Shown one piece after another: positions 23,856 to 33,554 of a DNA stretch of 37,887 nt. The position numbers and the translations under genes were made by a program. Below the pieces are notes generated by a model. That model was not told the DNA's origin. It searched no databases and saw only the letters and a program-made list of their open reading frames with translations. Source of the stretch: a virus (Duplodnaviria; Caudoviricetes); IMG/VR virus record IMGVR_UViG_3300011441_000025, positions 1-37,887 of that record. One strand, 5' to 3'. Position 1 is the first letter of the stretch. Each line of letters starts with the position of its first letter.

Positions 23856-24880
23856 AACATGCCCCCACCCGAGGCGAGCGCCCCGGTCCCGAATGTCACT
23901 TGAATGAGTCGCGCCGTGTCGCCCGCGCCGTAGTTCTCGGGCAAGGCCCGCGCGTGAAAGTAGCCCGACGGAAAGAGCAGCAGCCGATGGGGCTTGGCCG
24001 GGACCGTCGCCCACGGCTCCCACTGCGTCAGATCGTCCCACGCCGCGTCAACCGCCGTCGCCGCCGCACTGGTGAGGGCACCGGTCGCCCGCTGCCGGTA
24101 GAACGTCGTGCCGTCGCCGTCCGGCGGCGTCTCGGTGAGATAGAGAATGGCCGTCCAGTCGCCCATGTCGTCGTCGGTGTGGATGAGATGCGGCTCGACC
24201 TGACCCGCCGGGCTCTGGCGCAGGAGGCTCAGGGTCGGCGTGAGCGCCGGCCAGCGTGTCGCGATGGCCTGCGGCACCGAGTCGTCGGGCGGCACGGCCA
24301 TCCCGTGGAAGACGAGCCCGTTGCCCCGAAGGTCGCCGAACGGCCGCGCACGGGCCGCCGCGACGTAGGCGGTCACGTCCGGCAGCACGTCATCCACCAC
24401 GGTGAGCGCGGTCATCGCCGGGACCACCGGCGCGACGTAGTGCGTCTCGACCGCACGGTAGCCGCGGCGCTGATAGAGCCGTCCGACCCGTGGGCCGAGG
24501 CCATCGACCGGCGCCATCATCTCGATCCGCACGGCCCCCTGTTCCGCCGCCCAGCGCTCGGCGGCGCGCAGGAGCGCGAGGCCTGGGCCGCGCGCCGCCG
24601 GCTCGACCCACCAGATCGTCTCGACCACCACGCGCTCGCCCGAGTAGAGCGACGGCGTCAGCGCGACCCCCAGCAGCCCGACGACCGCATCCTCGGCGCC
24701 GGTGCCGGTGTCGGCGACGAGCACCAGGCCCGCCGGGTCCTCGATGAGATACGTCACGAGCGCCGTGACGGCCGCCGGGTTGTCCGCGAGGACGGCCGCA
24801 TAGCCGCTCGTCGCAATGAAGCGGCGCGTCAGCGCGACCAGGCGCGGCACGTCGGCGGTCGTGGCCTCGCGAATGGTCAT
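23846..24880 (-). CDS. GNAT acetyltransferase fused to 2OG-Fe(II) oxygenase
   Basis: N-half IREATTADVP...WWVEPAARG.GLALL...LYQRRGY; C-half IHTD...WTAILYL...GTTFY...RLLLFPSGYFHAR...RLIQVTF (HxD...H...R). Confidence 0.85.
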   Translation of the reverse strand: MTIREATTADVPRLVALTRRFIATSGYAAVLADNPAAVTALVTYLIEDPAGLVLVADTGTGAEDAVVGLLGVALTPSLYSGERVVVETIWWVEPAARGPGLALLRAAERWAAEQGAVRIEMMAPVDGLGPRVGRLYQRRGYRAVETHYVAPVVPAMTALTVVDDVLPDVTAYVAAARARPFGDLRGNGLVFHGMAVPPDDSVPQAIATRWPALTPTLSLLRQSPAGQVEPHLIHTDDDMGDWTAILYLTETPPDGDGTTFYRQRATGALTSAAATAVDAAWDDLTQWEPWATVPAKPHRLLLFPSGYFHARALPENYGAGDTARLIQVTFGTGALASGGGMLWV

Positions 24881-25554
24881 ACCGGCATCCAGACCAGCGG
24901 TTGCACGGTTTCGACGGCGGCGGGTGCCCCGGCGGCTTCCTTCAGCGCGATCGCCACGACCTGCCATGCAATCGACTCGCTGTTCGTCCAGCTCGCGGTG
25001 TAGGTCCCGGCCGCCGACGTCCGCGTCGTGAGCGAGCTACTCTGCTGGGGGAACCCCGTGGTCGCGATCTGCGTCCACCCCGCCGCTGGCGTGCAGGTAT
25101 TGAAGGTGTTGAAGTTGGTGATCGCCAGGAGCAGCGTGTCGAGCGTGGTGACGAGCGATCCGCTGGTCGGAGCGGCGGTCGCCCCGACGCCGCCCGCCGA
25201 GGTCTCGACGCCAAGCGTCGTGCCCCCGGTGACGCTGACCTCGATCGCCGCCACCACCTGATCCCGCGCGGTCCCTCCGGGGAGCGTCACCGTCACCGTA
25301 CACGCGCCCGTCGATCCGATCGGCGCCGTCCAGATGGCGGCGTGGGAGTTGCCGCCGCTATTGGATTTCGCCCGAAAGGTATACGTATTCGCTCGTGAAT
25401 CGACGACCGCACTATTCCCGATCTCGACCCCACTCGCCCAGGCAAAGACGACACTGTAATTGCCGGCCGTGATGTTACTGGCATAGACCCGACTGGCCAC
25501 ATTCACGCTATTGGTGGCGGTGGCGCCTTGCTGCACGCGGACCGGGGCCGCCAT
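24877..25554 (-). CDS. beta-rich tail-associated protein
   Basis: Thr/Ser/Gly/Ala-rich with two similar halves (ITAGNYSVVF / TTLDTLLLAI); coupled to the tail fibre gene. Confidence 0.65.
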   Translation of the reverse strand: MAAPVRVQQGATATNSVNVASRVYASNITAGNYSVVFAWASGVEIGNSAVVDSRANTYTFRAKSNSGGNSHAAIWTAPIGSTGACTVTVTLPGGTARDQVVAAIEVSVTGGTTLGVETSAGGVGATAAPTSGSLVTTLDTLLLAITNFNTFNTCTPAAGWTQIATTGFPQQSSSLTTRTSAAGTYTASWTNSESIAWQVVAIALKEAAGAPAAVETVQPLVWMPV

Positions 25555-27296
25555 CAGGTCGCCTGCACCGTGAGCTGCAGCGTGACCCGCAGCAGCGTCG
25601 CCACGCTGTCGACTTTAAATCCAAGGATGTCACCCGCCGCGAGCGCCGTACTCCAGCCCGTCAGCGTTGTATCGCGACTCTTGATCGCGCTCGACAGGGT
25701 CGGCTTCGCACTCGCCGTGATGGTGTCGGCGACGGTCGGCGCGTAGTTGGCGTAAGTGTCTTTCCACACGTCCACGACGATCGAGCCGCTGGTCACCGCC
25801 GCGTCCGTCGAGAGGAGCGTCGCCGCCGTAATCGTGCAGGCGAACGGGACCTCGAGGAACCCTTTGATACCGGTGGTGATGACACTGCCGCCGCCGTCGA
25901 TGATGAGCCCGACCGCGCCGACCCGCGTCGGCAACCGCGCGCTCGCGATGGTGCCGGTCGTGATCACGCTGGCTGCGAGGGCCGTGATCGCATCGGTGCC
26001 ACCCGTCTCGTGGCTGACGTGATGGGCGAGCGGCGTCTGCTGGTCCGCGAGGAGGCCTGACAAGCCCGCGACGCTGATTTCGTCGGCGCCGGCATTCTGG
26101 TGGCTCGTGGCATGCGCGGCCGGCGCGCCGGCACTCGCCGCCGCGAAGGTTCCATCGGCGCGCAGGAAGGTCGTCGTCCCGCCGGGGAAGCCCGCGAGCG
26201 CCGTCACGGTGACGGCATCGGCGCCGCCGCTGCTGTGTCGCGCCGCATGGACGAGCGGCGCATAGCGCGCGTCGGCCTGGTCCTGCGTCAGCCCGCCCCC
26301 GACCGCGGCGGTCGCGCCGACCTGAAAGCTCACGTCGTCAATAAAGAACCCGATGGCCCCGCCGAAGTCCTCGATCCGCACGTTGGTGATGGCTGACCCC
26401 TGCGGCACGGCGAAGGCCGGGATGGGGATCGCGACCATCTGATAGTCGGTGAGGAGCGTCGAGTCGAAGCCGAACGTGCCGCTGCGACGAATCTGCACCG
26501 CCGCGCCGACGAGCACATCCGAGAGGCGCAACGTCACCAGCAGCCCGCGGCTGCTGTTCCACGCGGCCTTGCTCTTGATGAAGAGCAGCAGATGGTCGTA
26601 GTCGGTCGGGTCGATGCTGCCGCTGCCGATGGTGCCCTGCGCGTACACGCCGGCGACGACGTTGGTCCCTTCGATGGTCTTCGTGCCGACGTGCGGCGTA
26701 CTGGTCGAGGTGACGACGATGGAGGCGCCGGAGCTCGTCCACGTCCACTCCAGCGGCGGGCCGACGGCTTCGGCGTAGACCAGCATCGTGGCGAGGTCGA
26801 CCGGCGCCGTGGTGGCGTGCGCCACGAAGACGATGGCGAGCTTCAGGTACTGCGCCGGGTCCACGCTCGGCTCGGACGGGGTCGAGGCCGCGGTGCCCGG
26901 CAGCACGACGACCGCGCCGAGGGTGTCGAGCGCGATGACGTCGAGGCGGTCGAGCGTGGCGTGGGCGGCGGCAAGCGACGCGGTATCCTCGGCGCTCGCG
27001 TAGCGCGTGCCGAGGATGTAGTAGTCGGCCGCGCTGACCCGGAAGGTATACGCACTCTCCCAGGCCACTTGGCCCCCCGAGACCAGGTAGGTCGTGAGGG
27101 TCGCGCCCGGCGGGCTCGGCGGCGGGGCCGACCCTGTCCCCGCACCGCTGTAGACCTCCCACGCCGCCCCATCCCAGCGCTCGGTCACGCCCTCGTCCGA
27201 GACGAAGTACAACGTCCCGACGGTCAGCGGCGGGCTGGCGACGGTCGCCTGGTCGGCGCGTGTACCGCGACGGTGGATGTCAGGGACGGTCGGCAT
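25554..27296 (-). CDS. tail fibre protein with CBM-like domain and His-repeat shaft
   Basis: Start MPTVPDIHRRG by TAATG coupling; DYDHLLLFIK...YQMVAIPI...FFIDDVSF; three HxxxHxxGxD repeats; C-terminal IDGGGSVITTG.K...GDILGF.VDS domain. Confidence 0.8.
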   Translation of the reverse strand: MPTVPDIHRRGTRADQATVASPPLTVGTLYFVSDEGVTERWDGAAWEVYSGAGTGSAPPPSPPGATLTTYLVSGGQVAWESAYTFRVSAADYYILGTRYASAEDTASLAAAHATLDRLDVIALDTLGAVVVLPGTAASTPSEPSVDPAQYLKLAIVFVAHATTAPVDLATMLVYAEAVGPPLEWTWTSSGASIVVTSTSTPHVGTKTIEGTNVVAGVYAQGTIGSGSIDPTDYDHLLLFIKSKAAWNSSRGLLVTLRLSDVLVGAAVQIRRSGTFGFDSTLLTDYQMVAIPIPAFAVPQGSAITNVRIEDFGGAIGFFIDDVSFQVGATAAVGGGLTQDQADARYAPLVHAARHSSGGADAVTVTALAGFPGGTTTFLRADGTFAAASAGAPAAHATSHQNAGADEISVAGLSGLLADQQTPLAHHVSHETGGTDAITALAASVITTGTIASARLPTRVGAVGLIIDGGGSVITTGIKGFLEVPFACTITAATLLSTDAAVTSGSIVVDVWKDTYANYAPTVADTITASAKPTLSSAIKSRDTTLTGWSTALAAGDILGFKVDSVATLLRVTLQLTVQAT

Positions 27297-27829
27297 TAGC
27301 GCATCACCGCGAGCCGTTGGTTGTTGGTGAACACGCCGCCGCTCGACGAGACGAGCGTCACCGGCACCTGGAACCAGTCGGGCATATTGACCGCCGGGGC
27401 CGTCAGCTCCCAGACCTGATGTTGCACCGCGAGGTCGGCGTCTTGAATCAGGAACCGTGACGGCGGCGTCATCAACTGGAAGATGACATGCACGTCGACG
27501 CCGTCGGTCGTCAGCCAGTCGAAGTAGAGCAGCGTCGCATCGACTTGCCCCACGGTGTTCCAGCGCAGATAGCCCGCACCGGGGTCGGCGGCACCCGTCG
27601 AGCTCGTATCGGCGCGGAAGAGATACACCGAGCCCAGCGCCCCCCCGGCCACGTAAATCTCCCAGACGAGGCCGGTGCTCCGCTCGACGCGATAGCCCGC
27701 ATCGGTGATGCTGTAGAGCGTGCCAGGCGTCACGTCCGCGGCGGCCGGTTGCGCGGCCCGCGTCCCGCGCAGCAGCAGGTCGTCCAGGGCGTGATACGGG
27801 ACCATCACCGTCGCGGTGGGGTTCGTCAT
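27296..27829 (-). CDS. tail fibre-associated protein
   Basis: RGTRAAQP...GTLYSITD...ERSTGLVWE motif also at the start of 25554..27296; ADPGAGYLRWN. Confidence 0.7.
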   Translation of the reverse strand: MTNPTATVMVPYHALDDLLLRGTRAAQPAAADVTPGTLYSITDAGYRVERSTGLVWEIYVAGGALGSVYLFRADTSSTGAADPGAGYLRWNTVGQVDATLLYFDWLTTDGVDVHVIFQLMTPPSRFLIQDADLAVQHQVWELTAPAVNMPDWFQVPVTLVSSSGGVFTNNQRLAVMR

Positions 27830-28218
27830 GGCGCCGGCGTCGGCACGAAGCCGACGACGCAGTCTCCTTCCGCATCGAACAAGATTTCAGGACTCAGCGG
27901 GTCGCCGTTGGTGATGGGCGTCCAGTAGCCGACCGCCGTGAGGCTCTCGGGCGTCACGGACAACGTCAGGTCTTCCAGTATCAGCCCTGTGCCAACCAGC
28001 AACGCCTCGACCGGACCGACACCGTCCGACTCACGCCCGAGCAGGCGTGGCGACGCGATGGCCGCGAGCGCGTCGAGCGGCACCGTGCCGGGCGTAATCG
28101 TCCCGCCGTCAAGGCCACCGGCACCGCCTGTGAGGCCGAGGAAGAACAGCTGCCACGGCTTCGACACGAGCCGCGTGCCGGGGTCGAGGAACGGCTGCTG
28201 ATAGGGCGGGTAGTTCAT
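27826..28218 (-). CDS. putative tail needle/tail protein (gp26 position)
   Basis: PFLDPGTRLVSKPWQLFFLGL N-terminal motif typical of the gene after gp10 in P22-like phages. Confidence 0.6.
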   Translation of the reverse strand: MNYPPYQQPFLDPGTRLVSKPWQLFFLGLTGGAGGLDGGTITPGTVPLDALAAIASPRLLGRESDGVGPVEALLVGTGLILEDLTLSVTPESLTAVGYWTPITNGDPLSPEILFDAEGDCVVGFVPTPAP

Positions 28219-28622
28219 CGCCCGCCGCCCGGTTGCGCCAGCGCGCGCATGCGCCGTAGTAAGTCCGTCAGATACATCATCGTGTCCGGTGCGGGCTCAG
28301 GCTGCGCATTGAGCTGCTTTGCCGTCTCCGGGTCCCAGCCGAGCTCGACCAGTTCGGCCACACTGCGCGCACGGGTATAGCCCGGCACGCGCTTCCCCGT
28401 CTTCGTGTGGAAGCCGCCCACGATGATGTTCGGATGGCCCTCATCCTTGTCGAGCGACGGCCAGTGTTCGCCGGCCGCCACGTTCGGCGGCGGGATGCCC
28501 TGCTGAAACGCGGCGCGGTAGTCGTAGTGCTGGCGCGGGTCATCCGGGTCCGGGTTCATGCCGTAGCGTGAGGCCCAGGCGTCATACCACCGCCGAAACG
28601 CCGCTTCGTCTTTCTCAGGCAT
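28215..28622 (-). CDS. hypothetical virion-associated protein
   Basis: 135 aa from a TGATG-coupled start; EAAFRRW...HYDYRAAF...HWPS.DKDEGHP. Confidence 0.65.
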   Translation of the reverse strand: MPEKDEAAFRRWYDAWASRYGMNPDPDDPRQHYDYRAAFQQGIPPPNVAAGEHWPSLDKDEGHPNIIVGGFHTKTGKRVPGYTRARSVAELVELGWDPETAKQLNAQPEPAPDTMMYLTDLLRRMRALAQPGGGR

Positions 28623-29995
28623 CAGCTCGTCCCCGGCTCCAGGTCGAGCCACGCGCCGACCAGCGACCACGCCACCGGGTCCGACACCACCACCTCGAAG
28701 ACCGTGTCGCGCGCCTGCCCAAGCCGCCGCGCCATCACACGCGCCTGATACTCGCCGAGCTTGCCCGCGGCCATCCGCATCTCTTCGCCCCACGTCTGGC
28801 CGCCGTCCCGCGACAGGCGCAGCAGGACATACGGCTCGCTGCCCTGCCCGGATGCCAACGCCTGCCCGCGCTCGAGGTCGAGCTCGAAGCGGCGATAGAA
28901 CACCCGCAAATGCTCGTTGTTCACATGCGGCGCGCGGCGCAAGCGCCGGATGTAGCGCGCCTCCAGGTGATAGCCGGGCGCCGGCGGCGGCTCAGGTTCC
29001 GGGCCTGGGGATGGCCCCGGCTCGTCGTCGTAGGTCGGGGGGAAGGCATAGTCGACATACGCCTTGAACATGCCGATCCGCCCGTCCGCCGCGACTTCTC
29101 GGACGGGGCGGCTGATCAGGTCGGGCGGGGGGCTCGGATTGACGAACAGCCCGGCCTGGTCCGCGATGGCGGTATACGAGCTCCACGTATACCAGCCCCA
29201 GCCCCACTGGTAGCTGAGCACGTGCGCCCGCGTCCACGGCAGGCCCGTCTGTGGGTCGAGGGGGTCGGGATAGTTCGATTGAAAGTTGAACTCGGTCTGA
29301 ATGGGATCGATCGTCTTATACGCCCCGGCAAACACGGGCTCACCTATCCATTCCGTGTCCGCATGCAGGCCGGTCACGGCGCTGGTCGGCGGATACGGCG
29401 GGCTCACCGTCCACGGGGGCGTATAGCCGTCCGGTCGGGCGAAGAGGTTGACGTGGACGTTCCGATGATGGTCGGGCGAGGTCAGCGTCTCCACCGGGAA
29501 ACTGCCGAAGCGGACCCCGGCCGTGACGGCCAACGGGATCGCGGTGGCGGGCAGAAAATCGGCGGGCAACTGGTAGTCCGAGATGTGCGTGACCTCCATC
29601 GACGGGAGATAGCGGGTATTGCCGCCGCCGAAATCCACCACGCCACAGTCATGTTCCGGCCACGTCGACACCGGCCCGTCGAAGAAGGTATGGGAGACCT
29701 GATGCCCGTTGGTAATCGTGGCGATGCGGCTCTGGACATGCCCCGAGAGAGACAAGGCGGTCACCCGCGCGGAGTACGCGGTGTCATCGGCCAACGGCGC
29801 AGAGGCGGGTTGCGGCACCGCATACGCCCGCAGCGCGGTGTTGTAACTCTGATAGCTGACGACCGACGCCGCGGTCGCGGTCACCCAGACCTCCATAAAG
29901 AAGCCAAAGATGTCTGTCCCGCTATGCGTCCACGTCAGCGTGAAGTGGTCGAGATAGGACCACGCGACGGTCAGATAGGGCTGATCGGTCGCCAT
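28622..29995 (-). CDS. fusion of ~340 aa of unknown beta-rich domains to the C-terminal part of a gp10-like tail hub
   Basis: C-terminus IRRLRRAPHV...FELDLERGQ...EPYVLLRLSRDGGQTW...GKLGEY..RV..RRLGQARD.VFEV..SDPV; TGATG-coupled start 29995. Confidence 0.8.
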   Translation of the reverse strand: MATDQPYLTVAWSYLDHFTLTWTHSGTDIFGFFMEVWVTATAASVVSYQSYNTALRAYAVPQPASAPLADDTAYSARVTALSLSGHVQSRIATITNGHQVSHTFFDGPVSTWPEHDCGVVDFGGGNTRYLPSMEVTHISDYQLPADFLPATAIPLAVTAGVRFGSFPVETLTSPDHHRNVHVNLFARPDGYTPPWTVSPPYPPTSAVTGLHADTEWIGEPVFAGAYKTIDPIQTEFNFQSNYPDPLDPQTGLPWTRAHVLSYQWGWGWYTWSSYTAIADQAGLFVNPSPPPDLISRPVREVAADGRIGMFKAYVDYAFPPTYDDEPGPSPGPEPEPPPAPGYHLEARYIRRLRRAPHVNNEHLRVFYRRFELDLERGQALASGQGSEPYVLLRLSRDGGQTWGEEMRMAAGKLGEYQARVMARRLGQARDTVFEVVVSDPVAWSLVGAWLDLEPGTS

Positions 29996-31110
29996 CAGCC
30001 CGCCACCACCATGCCGTCGCTGTGCGTGTCGGCGTCCAGGTGATAGATCGCCGGGCTCTGCCGGTCGCCGACGAGGTGTTTGTCGAAGGCGAAGGCGTGA
30101 CATCTGGCGAGGTGCGGCGTCCACACCAGCGCCGTCGGGTCCCAGAGCGCGCGCTCGTGCCAGCCTCCCGTCGACACGTCATACACCCACGTCGTCTCGG
30201 CCGCCGGCAGGTAGAACACGACGAACGCATGGCCGCGGTCCTGGTAACTCCAGCAGATGGTGTCCTGCAGCGTCGACACCTCAGCCCACGCCTGCTCGAC
30301 CGCATGCGTCGAGATGCGCTGCGGCGTGTAACCCTGCGCGCGGTAGGCCACGCGCCCGCCGTCCTCGTTCTGCCCGTGCCAGAAGAGCGCGTTATCGACG
30401 ACCGTCCAGCCGAAGAGCGAGCCGATGCCCTGCTGGATGAACGCGCCGGGAATGGGCGCAAAGGGGAAGTCGGGGTCGCCGATGTCGGCCCACACGGTGG
30501 TGGTCGAGGTGCCGAGCAGCCACAGCTCGCGATGCACCGGGACCATGGCGCGCACGATGCCGGTGGTATGGCTCACCTGCGCGACGTCGAGCGCGTCCCA
30601 GACGAGGCCGTTCTCCAGCTCGGAGATTTGGAACTTGTCGGACTGCGCCTGGAGCGCGAGGAAGTAGCCATCGATGAACGCGCCCATCGACACCGGCCGC
30701 GGGAACCCGTCATCGATGATGGGCGTGAAGAGGTCCGTCGTCAGGTCGAAGATGAAGCCATCGCCGTTACTGACGACGAACAGCTGCCGCCCGTCGCTGC
30801 CGTTGCTGCTGATGCTCGCGGGGCGGCCGTCCATGCCGACGGCGCCGCGGAAGACAAACGTCTGATTGGCCATCACCTCGTAGAGATTGCCGCCGCCGAC
30901 CGCGAAGCAGCGGTTCTCTTCGGCGTAGAGCGCGCGGACCGGCCCTGCTCCAAGTACGACGAACGGGTCGAGGCCGGGGGTGGGGACGAGCCACGCCTTG
31001 GCTTTGGGCGTGCCGGTGGCGAGCTCGGGGAACCAGTTGATGGTGCGCTCGGCGTTGACGGTGCGGGCGCTGACGCGGTCCGTGGCGCCGATGAAGCCGG
31101 GGTAATTCAC
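29995..31110 (-). CDS. P22 gp10-like tail hub / packaged DNA stabilisation protein, N-terminal part
   Basis: ERTINWFPE...LVPTPGL...GPVRAL...FIDGYF...RELWLLG...RISTHAVE...YQDRGHAF...TWVYDVSTGGWHER. Confidence 0.88.
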   Translation of the reverse strand: MNYPGFIGATDRVSARTVNAERTINWFPELATGTPKAKAWLVPTPGLDPFVVLGAGPVRALYAEENRCFAVGGGNLYEVMANQTFVFRGAVGMDGRPASISSNGSDGRQLFVVSNGDGFIFDLTTDLFTPIIDDGFPRPVSMGAFIDGYFLALQAQSDKFQISELENGLVWDALDVAQVSHTTGIVRAMVPVHRELWLLGTSTTTVWADIGDPDFPFAPIPGAFIQQGIGSLFGWTVVDNALFWHGQNEDGGRVAYRAQGYTPQRISTHAVEQAWAEVSTLQDTICWSYQDRGHAFVVFYLPAAETTWVYDVSTGGWHERALWDPTALVWTPHLARCHAFAFDKHLVGDRQSPAIYHLDADTHSDGMVVAG

Positions 31111-33551
31111 TGGCGGTACTCCGGCTGCTCATTCGGCGCTTGCCAGAGGTAGCCTGCGCCGAGGAGGCTGAGGAGCGGCAGGCCTTCGCGGCGGATGCGT
31201 TCTTTCATCTCCGGCGTCAGGCGGGCAATCCACGCGGGTTCGGTTACGCCGCGACGTGTCACGCGCTGTTGCACTGAAGGAGAAAAGTGAAACGGCGTGA
31301 GCGCTTGTGATTCAAAGGCGGCCACCAGTTCGGGCCGCGACATGAGCGTCTGATTGTCGCCGACCGGCACGCGCCCTTGAATCGTGCCCGCCTCCGCCAA
31401 CGTATCGAAGAATGATTCTCCAATCTGTCGCAAGCCTGGCCCTTCGCCCTCCGTCGTGAACGGCACACGCAGGCCGCTACGTTCCACCGTGCCGCCGAAG
31501 GGCTTCAAGATCTTTTCGAGGCGCTTGGGCAGGAGCCGGTCGTAGAAGTGGCGCATCCCCTCGCCGCCGACCTTCAGGTCAAGACCGCTGATTCTGGCGG
31601 CGCCATATTCCTCTCCGGCGTGCTGCAGATAATCCGCGATGCCCTGCTCGGCTTCGGCCTTGTTCGCGAAGACCAGCCCTTCCCACGGCTCCCCGTTCGG
31701 GTCCGTCACATACCACTCGTCGTTGTCGGGATCGTGTTCGACACCCCACTGCGAGCGGTCATATTCCTTGCTCGCGATCTCGCGGCGCAGGTTGTCGGCC
31801 GGTTCCTTGCCGATGTACTCGTCTAAGTCGGACGGCTCAAGCCGTGATTGCGCGATGACTTGCTTGCCCTCGTGGTCGTAGGCGTAGAGCGTGCCCATCG
31901 AGTAATCGCCGGGACTGTCTGGCTCGAAATGCAACTCTTTAATCTGCTTACTCAGGTCGTAGCGCGCGGCCTGCGTCTGCCCGCTGGTGAAGCCGATCCA
32001 TTGTGCGTTCGGGTCGTTGGCGGCTTCTAGCACCTGCTGTTTGAGGCCGAGGTCGGGCCAGGACTCTTTGAAGGGGGCATCGGGGACGCCTTGCGACGGC
32101 TGCAACTGCCGCTGCGCATACTGCTGCATCCTGTCGGCCGTCTCGGCGAGGATTTCCTCATTCGTCGCCCGCGTCCCACTGCGCGCGCCCTGCCATTGGC
32201 CGGTCGCATCGCGGATGACGACGTTCCGCTGGCCCGTATACGGATTGGCGGTCCCTTCATCCGTCACCGTCCATCCCGTCAAGTCAGGGCGCGGCGCCTG
32301 CGGCGGGTTCGGGTCCAGATAGCCCTTACTCTTCCCGTGCTGGTGCCAGTCGCTCTGCACTTCTTCCACGAACCGGCCCGGCTCGCCGGTCGGCAGCGTG
32401 CGCTCGTTGCTGCGCGTGTGGACGAGGATGTTCGGCTCGTCGAAGTGGCCGGAGGTGAACCCGCGCTGCGCCTCAGACACCGCGACACTCGCGTCGATTT
32501 CTCGCTGGATTTCCTGCTGAACGTGCAGCGGTAACGGGTCATCCGGCCCGTACCCCATATCGCTGGCGATGTCGGTCGCCTTCTTTCGGGGCGGGGCCGG
32601 TGGCGTCGGCAGCGTCGAGAGCGTCTCGCGGTAGTTTTCACCGCCGGGGACTTGGTACTGCTCGTACTTGGGCGATTGCGATACCGGCGCGGAGGTGGCC
32701 CATGCTTGATTCAGGCGATCCGCCTCGGTGCCGTGCGCTTGCCAGCGCGCCCTCGCGGCGGCCTGTACGTCGGGGGCGGCCCCGGCCCGTTGGGCCGCTT
32801 GCCACTCGCGGTAGGCCTCCTCCGTCGCATTCATCGACGCTTGCCACTGCTGCGCGAGCGTATTCGCTTTTGGCGTCTTACTCAGCGTCTTGACCGTCGG
32901 CATCGGCGCCGGATGCGCCGCGAGATGCGCTGCCAATTCCGCCGGCGTCACCGTCGCATTGCCCTTGCTCGCGAGAAACTCCGGCACCTGCCGATACGCC
33001 AGCTCCTCCGCACTCGCATTCGACGACAGCAGCGACTTAACCTTGTTCGGGTGCGCGCCCTTCGTCGGAATGAGCTTCAGCGCCTCATCGACCCGCGAAT
33101 ACAGCCCGCGCGGCGTGTCCTCGACCACCTTCAGCCCACCCTTGATGAGCCCGAGGCCCGCCACGCCGCCGAGCAGCTTCCCCAGCGGCAGGTCGAGGTT
33201 CATCGCCGCGCCCCCCGGCGTCGTGCTGTCGACGAACTGGTCGACGCCGAAGCGCGCCATCGGCCCATACACTGGCCCGCCGTTGGTCATCGCCTTGAGG
33301 CGCGTCCCGACTTCCGTCATCTCCTGGCTGGGGGTGAACTGCTGGCCGAGGTAGTCCGTCGCCATGCCCGCGAGGGACTTCAGCGACTCGGGCATCGCGT
33401 CGGACAGTTGCTGCCGCAGCGCGCGACGGCGCTCTTCTTCAGCGGCGAGCAGCGCCTTCGCCTCGGGCAAGCCGACGGTCGGCAGACGGAGCCAGCGGCG
33501 CATCCAACCGGCGAGGGATTCGGGCGGGGGGGTCTCCTGGGGGTCGGCCAC
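31107..33551 (-). CDS. large putative ejected/polyvalent-type protein with conserved EEVQSD domain
   Basis: LYSRV, YQVPGGENYRE, SGHFDEPNILVHTR, FVEEVQSDWHQHG, VPDAPFKESW, GEGMRHFYD: motif series I recall from large phage internal virion proteins; function unknown. Confidence 0.7.
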   Translation of the reverse strand: MADPQETPPPESLAGWMRRWLRLPTVGLPEAKALLAAEEERRRALRQQLSDAMPESLKSLAGMATDYLGQQFTPSQEMTEVGTRLKAMTNGGPVYGPMARFGVDQFVDSTTPGGAAMNLDLPLGKLLGGVAGLGLIKGGLKVVEDTPRGLYSRVDEALKLIPTKGAHPNKVKSLLSSNASAEELAYRQVPEFLASKGNATVTPAELAAHLAAHPAPMPTVKTLSKTPKANTLAQQWQASMNATEEAYREWQAAQRAGAAPDVQAAARARWQAHGTEADRLNQAWATSAPVSQSPKYEQYQVPGGENYRETLSTLPTPPAPPRKKATDIASDMGYGPDDPLPLHVQQEIQREIDASVAVSEAQRGFTSGHFDEPNILVHTRSNERTLPTGEPGRFVEEVQSDWHQHGKSKGYLDPNPPQAPRPDLTGWTVTDEGTANPYTGQRNVVIRDATGQWQGARSGTRATNEEILAETADRMQQYAQRQLQPSQGVPDAPFKESWPDLGLKQQVLEAANDPNAQWIGFTSGQTQAARYDLSKQIKELHFEPDSPGDYSMGTLYAYDHEGKQVIAQSRLEPSDLDEYIGKEPADNLRREIASKEYDRSQWGVEHDPDNDEWYVTDPNGEPWEGLVFANKAEAEQGIADYLQHAGEEYGAARISGLDLKVGGEGMRHFYDRLLPKRLEKILKPFGGTVERSGLRVPFTTEGEGPGLRQIGESFFDTLAEAGTIQGRVPVGDNQTLMSRPELVAAFESQALTPFHFSPSVQQRVTRRGVTEPAWIARLTPEMKERIRREGLPLLSLLGAGYLWQAPNEQPEYRQ

Positions 33552-33554
33552 GGC

